Assembly (NCBI GenBank): GCA_964543235.1
Contig: CAZIXE010000010.1
Coordinates: 11,276 to 75,275, forward strand
DNA: 64,000 nt
Reading direction: 5' to 3'
Source of the DNA: an uncultured Rhizobiaceae bacterium
GTDB taxonomy: Bacteria > Pseudomonadota > Alphaproteobacteria > Rhizobiales > Aestuariivirgaceae
Shown here: positions 60,367 through 64,000 of the stretch, in pieces
Layout of the letters: each line of letters starts with the position of its first letter
How positions within the stretch are numbered: the first letter of the stretch is position 1
Notes under the pieces: generated by a model
The model's input: the letters and a program-made list of their open reading frames with translations, nothing else
The model's database searches: none
What the model was told of the DNA's origin: nothing
Made by a program: the position numbers and the translations under genes

Positions 60367-61536
60367 TCGCGCCAGTTCGCGCATGGCCCGATCGAGGCCG
60401 TCGAGCGTGAGGGGATACATGCGCCCGCCGAGCGTGCGGGAGATGAGTTGCGCCGATGCCGTGTGCCCCCAATAGGCCTCGCGCATCGGGTTGATCCAGA
60501 CGAGATGGGGAAAGCTCGCGCTGAGCCGTTCAAGCCACACGAGGCCCGGCTCTTCGTTGTAGTGCTCGACCGAGCCCCCGGCCTGGGTGAGTTCGAACGG
60601 ACTCATGCTGGCATCGCCGACGATCACCACCTTGTAGTCGGACGCATAGGTATGCAGGAGCTGGAAGGTGGCAATCCGCGCCGCCCGCCGCCGGTTCTCC
60701 GTCCACACGCTTTCGTAGATGGTGTTGTGGAAATAGAAATGGGCAAGCCGCTTGAATTCGCTGCGCGCCGCCGAGAACAGTTCCTCGCAGGCCCTGACAT
60801 GCGGATCCATCGATCCGCCGACATCGAGGAACAGCAGCACCTTGACGGCGTTGCGCCGTTCCGGGACGAGCTTGAGATCGAGATAGGCCTTCTCCGCGGT
60901 CGCCCTGATCGTGCCGTCGAGGTCGAGTTCTTCCGCGGCCCCCTCGCGCGCAAACCGCCGCAGCCGCCGCAGTGCCAGCTTGATGCCGCGGGTGCCGAGT
61001 TCGACGCGATCGTCGAGATCACGGAACTCGCGCCGGTCCCACATCTTGATGGCGCGGTTGTTGCGGTTCTCCTCCTGACCGATCCGCACGCCCGCCGGAT
61101 TGTAGCCGTAGGCGCCATAGGGCGACGTGCCGGCCGTACCGATCCACTTCGAGCCGCCCTGGTGGCGTCCCCGCTGTTCGGCGAGACGCTTGCGCAGCTC
61201 CTCCATGATTCTGTCGAAACCGCCCAGCGCCTCGATCAGGGCCTTCTCCTCGTCGCTGAGATATTTCTCGCTCAGCCGGCGCAGCCATTCCTCGGGGATG
61301 GCCGCCAGCACCTCCGCCGTCACCTGCTCGATCCCCTTGAACACCTGGGCAAACACAAGGTCGAACTTGTCGAGATGGCGCTCGTCCTTCACCAGCGCGG
61401 CGCGCGCGAGGTAGTAAAAATCCTCCGTGCTGGTTCCGGCCAGCCGCTCGCGCATCGCCGCCATCAGCGTGAGATACTCGCGCAGCGTTACCGGAACGCC
61501 GGCCGCCTTCAGTTCGGCGAAGAGGCTGAGAAACAT
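60364..61536 (-). CDS. VWA-domain protein, CoxE-like
   Basis: 390 aa. The characteristic N-terminus is MFLSLFAELKAAGVPVTLREYLTLMAA, and the C-terminal VWA has a DxSxS-like site (LDVGGSMD). Confidence 0.8.
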   Translation of the reverse strand: MFLSLFAELKAAGVPVTLREYLTLMAAMRERLAGTSTEDFYYLARAALVKDERHLDKFDLVFAQVFKGIEQVTAEVLAAIPEEWLRRLSEKYLSDEEKALIEALGGFDRIMEELRKRLAEQRGRHQGGSKWIGTAGTSPYGAYGYNPAGVRIGQEENRNNRAIKMWDRREFRDLDDRVELGTRGIKLALRRLRRFAREGAAEELDLDGTIRATAEKAYLDLKLVPERRNAVKVLLFLDVGGSMDPHVRACEELFSAARSEFKRLAHFYFHNTIYESVWTENRRRAARIATFQLLHTYASDYKVVIVGDASMSPFELTQAGGSVEHYNEEPGLVWLERLSASFPHLVWINPMREAYWGHTASAQLISRTLGGRMYPLTLDGLDRAMRELAR

Positions 61537-61570
61537 GGCGCCGCCTGCATGTGCGGCGGCATAGCACGGC

Positions 61571-61990
61571 TCAGGCGATGGCCAAAGCCCGCACCATTTC
61601 GGCCGGCCGGTCGGTGCCGATCAGCACCCGGCGGCCGTTGCGCAGCCTGAGTTCCACAGCCTCGAGCCCTGAGACGTTGAACAGCCAGCCGCCGCGGACG
61701 TAGCGGATGCCCCAGCCGCGCCACCACCGGTTCGACACCGGCGTGGCTGCGACAACCTCGCTGCGGTCGATGCGGCCTTTGAGAAGCTTGGGCGCAAACC
61801 ACCACCGCACTTCGTGGGCATCGACTTCGACCGTCATCGACGAGAAGGTGAAGCCGGCCAGCGCCGTCACGCTCATGGTGGCGAGGGCCACGAGTGGCGA
61901 ATGATTGAGGAAGGCTGCGGTCCAGATGATGAAGAAGATGGCGATGCCAAGCGAGGCGCGGCCGATCTGTTTCCGTTTGAAGGTCGTCAT
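61571..61990 (-). CDS. small membrane protein (2 TM + PH-like C-terminal domain), hypothetical
   Basis: 139 aa from ATG 61990. It has two hydrophobic helices and then a soluble Trp/Arg-rich segment. I recognise no family. Confidence 0.5.
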   Translation of the reverse strand: MTTFKRKQIGRASLGIAIFFIIWTAAFLNHSPLVALATMSVTALAGFTFSSMTVEVDAHEVRWWFAPKLLKGRIDRSEVVAATPVSNRWWRGWGIRYVRGGWLFNVSGLEAVELRLRNGRRVLIGTDRPAEMVRALAIA

Positions 61991-62091
61991 GTGTTGTCTG
62001 CCAATCAATTCGCACACAACGGCCAGTCTGGCCCATGAGCCTTATATGGCGGGTCAATACGCTGCCCGCAATTTTAATGATTGCACGGTTT

Positions 62092-63063
62092 TCAGTACCA
62101 GATGCCGAGCCGGCTCCAGCGGATGCGGGGATTGCCGATGGGCGGCACGATCGACGGGCCGGGCGTGACCCGTCCGTCGCCGGCGACAATCGACTGCGAC
62201 TGGTCGTGACGCAGCGCCAGCAAGCGCCTGATCCGATCCTCGGTGCGCGGATGCGTCCTGAGCAGCGACGGGTCGGGCAGCCGGCTCCCGGGCAGCAGCA
62301 GGCCTTCCAGGATCCGGCCTTGCTTGCGTTCCAGCGTTTGCAACGCCAGCGCCAGACCTTCCGGATCGCCGGTGAGGGTTGCGCCGTCGAGGTCGGCGTC
62401 ATATTCGCGCGCCCGCGACAGGCCGAGCTGCAGCAGCCCGCCGATGGTCGGCGCGAAGATCAGCAGCAGCAGGCCGATGAGGTTGAGTTGCAGGCCGGTG
62501 CCGAACATGATGGGAATGCCGATCAGTCCCATGGTCGACATGAAACTGGTGATGCGGCTCAACACGTCGGCCAGCGCCATCACCTTGAGATCGCCGTTTC
62601 GGATATGCGCCGTCTCATGCGCCAGGATGCCGGCCAGCTGCCGAAGATTCATGTTGCGGATCAGCCCGTCGGTCAGGGTGATCGCCGAATCCTCCGGCCT
62701 GCCGACCGCGAATGCGTTCATCATCTTGCTCGGAACGTAGTAGAGCTGCGGCACGGCAGGCAGATCGGCGCGCCGCGCCAGCTCGCGCATGACGCGGTGC
62801 AGCTCCGGCAGTTCATCGGGCGACAGCGGCTGCGCCTTGTAGAGCTTGAGCACCACCTGCGGCGACACCCTGCCCATGGTCCACAGGCCGATGGCGCCAA
62901 ACAGCGCCGCCCAAATGAGTCCGCCTGGCCCATAGACGGTCAGCGCGATCAACGCCATCAGGACGCCCGAACCGATGATCAAGAGCCAGGTGTGGAGGGC
63001 GTTGCGCAGATTGTGTGCGCGCTGGACGTCAGGATTGAGATTTGCCCGGGCCATCGCCGTCAT
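62092..63063 (-). CDS. M48-family zinc metalloprotease (HtpX-like)
   Basis: 323 aa with TM helices flanking HETAHIRNGD (HExxH), as in HtpX. Confidence 0.85.
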   Translation of the reverse strand: MTAMARANLNPDVQRAHNLRNALHTWLLIIGSGVLMALIALTVYGPGGLIWAALFGAIGLWTMGRVSPQVVLKLYKAQPLSPDELPELHRVMRELARRADLPAVPQLYYVPSKMMNAFAVGRPEDSAITLTDGLIRNMNLRQLAGILAHETAHIRNGDLKVMALADVLSRITSFMSTMGLIGIPIMFGTGLQLNLIGLLLLIFAPTIGGLLQLGLSRAREYDADLDGATLTGDPEGLALALQTLERKQGRILEGLLLPGSRLPDPSLLRTHPRTEDRIRRLLALRHDQSQSIVAGDGRVTPGPSIVPPIGNPRIRWSRLGIWY

Positions 63064-63991
63064 TGTCCTTCAGGCTGACCAGCTCCGCAAGCAGGCTTGC
63101 CAGCGTTTCCCTGGCCTGCGGTTCCTGCGGCAGGGGTCGGCAAACGTGGCGCGCCGCAAGCCCGATGCGTGAGGTGAGAATGCCGTTGACCGCGCCTTCG
63201 CCGAACCGTGCCGACAACCGGCCGATGAGGCCCTTGCCCACCATGTGTTGCAGCAGGCTGTCGGAGAGCGCAAGTCCCCCGGTCACCGCAAGATGGCCGA
63301 TCACCATGCGCGCCAGCCGGATGGTTGCCAGCGTCGAGGGCCGACCGCCATAGAGCGTGGCGATCTCGCGCAGCATGCGGATGTTCTGGGCCGCAACGAA
63401 CACGATGTCGAGGGCGGCCGCCGGCGTCACCGCGGTGAGCAGCGTGATGCGCCGGGCGGCACGCGCGATGATGCGGTGGGCATCGTCATCGAGCGGCGCC
63501 ACCAGATCGCGGTCGGCAAGCCGGATCCGGTCCGCCGCTGCCATGATCTCGGATCGTTGCCGCGCCAACTCGGCGAGGCCCAGCGCGGTGTCGTGACGTC
63601 CCGCGTACAGCGCCGTCAGTGCCTCAATGGCCCGCTCTGCAGCGGCAACGTCATCATGGTTGAGCGCATGCGCGGCATCGACCTGGATGTGTTCGATGCG
63701 CCGCAGCCGCCACAGCGCCACGATCTCGCGCAGGATTATGGCCAGCGCCGCGAGCCCGGCGAGCGTGGCAAGGCCCAGCGCTATCCATCCGAGCCACGGG
63801 GCGCGCGCGAAGTAATCCTCGATGAGCTGGGTGATGGCGAGCCCCGCCCACAGCGTGACCAGACCGGCAAGTGCACCGAGCAAAACGGCACCGAAGCGCC
63901 AGCGGCGGTTTGCCGGCAGCGGCCGTGGCGGCACCACCACGGGCCCACGCGCCGGCTCATCGGGCGTGAACGCGATGTCGGCGGCCGGCAC
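63029..63991 (-). CDS. YcjF-family (UPF0283/DUF697) membrane protein, possibly 5'-truncated by the window end
   Basis: 320 aa. TM hairpins are followed by the conserved LLTAVTPAAALDIVFV...RLARMV core. The frame stays open to within 9 nt of the window edge, and the track start is a GTG. Confidence 0.7.
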   Translation of the reverse strand: MPAADIAFTPDEPARGPVVVPPRPLPANRRWRFGAVLLGALAGLVTLWAGLAITQLIEDYFARAPWLGWIALGLATLAGLAALAIILREIVALWRLRRIEHIQVDAAHALNHDDVAAAERAIEALTALYAGRHDTALGLAELARQRSEIMAAADRIRLADRDLVAPLDDDAHRIIARAARRITLLTAVTPAAALDIVFVAAQNIRMLREIATLYGGRPSTLATIRLARMVIGHLAVTGGLALSDSLLQHMVGKGLIGRLSARFGEGAVNGILTSRIGLAARHVCRPLPQEPQARETLASLLAELVSLKDNDGDGPGKSQS

Positions 63992-64000
63992 GGCGCGCGG

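Noticed and set aside
1-64000. Searched for mobile elements, integrases, tRNA/rRNA genes and CRISPR arrays
   Set aside because: I recognised no transposase or integrase-like ORF, no cloverleaf-compatible tRNA sequence, no rRNA-like stretch and no regularly spaced repeat array. The TumE-like cassette is the only island-like insertion, and it lacks mobility genes.

Overview
GC-rich chromosomal segment that looks alphaproteobacterial (Rhizobiales/Hyphomicrobiales-like gene content). It is densely coding, with about 60 protein genes. I found no rRNA, tRNA, CRISPR array, transposase or integrase. Most long ORFs in the six-frame track that run antisense to, or overlap, the genes below are high-GC frame artefacts. 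Recognisable modules, in order: an ABC permease and a metallophosphatase; a phnW-phnA-phnY phosphonoacetate pathway for 2-aminoethylphosphonate, with a co-transcribed Na/Pi-cotransporter and a divergent LysR regulator; a Nit-type amidase and ung; a GntR-controlled divergent locus (PhyH dioxygenase and EamA transporter facing a SoxB-like flavoprotein, a GS-III-like ligase, three split glutamate-synthase-like proteins and a 137-aa orphan) that resembles, but is not, the canonical N-methylglutamate methylamine pathway; a TumE/TumA-like toxin-antitoxin pair; two orphan ORFs; a trimethylamine-monooxygenase-like FMO with an extended DJ-1/PfpI protein; an AlgE-type mannuronan-C5-epimerase-like RTX protein; a membrane/[2Fe-2S]/nucleotidyl-cyclase fusion; an APC permease; LemA-DUF2207; thiBPQ behind a clear TPP riboswitch, with a divergent thiamine diphosphokinase; an RNA methyltransferase; efp and epmA; assorted small enzymes; ornithine decarboxylase behind a ~395-nt leader; a ynjBCD-ynjF-like operon; an FAH-family enzyme, a DmpA peptidase, DUF2892 and an ELM1-like protein; an StcD/TMADH-type flavoprotein with an MFS transporter and a CelD-like acyltransferase; and a CoxE-like VWA protein, a small membrane protein, an M48 protease and YcjF. 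The most interesting signals are four. First, the non-canonical gamma-glutamyl-amine locus and its orphan ORF. Second, a shared ATTGGT/GAATTGGGC box vocabulary linking the GntR locus, tmm and possibly the APC permease. Third, the orphan genes around tmm. Fourth, the AlgE-like epimerase in a non-alginate context. All functional calls rest on motif recognition by eye and remembered family features. No database search was run.
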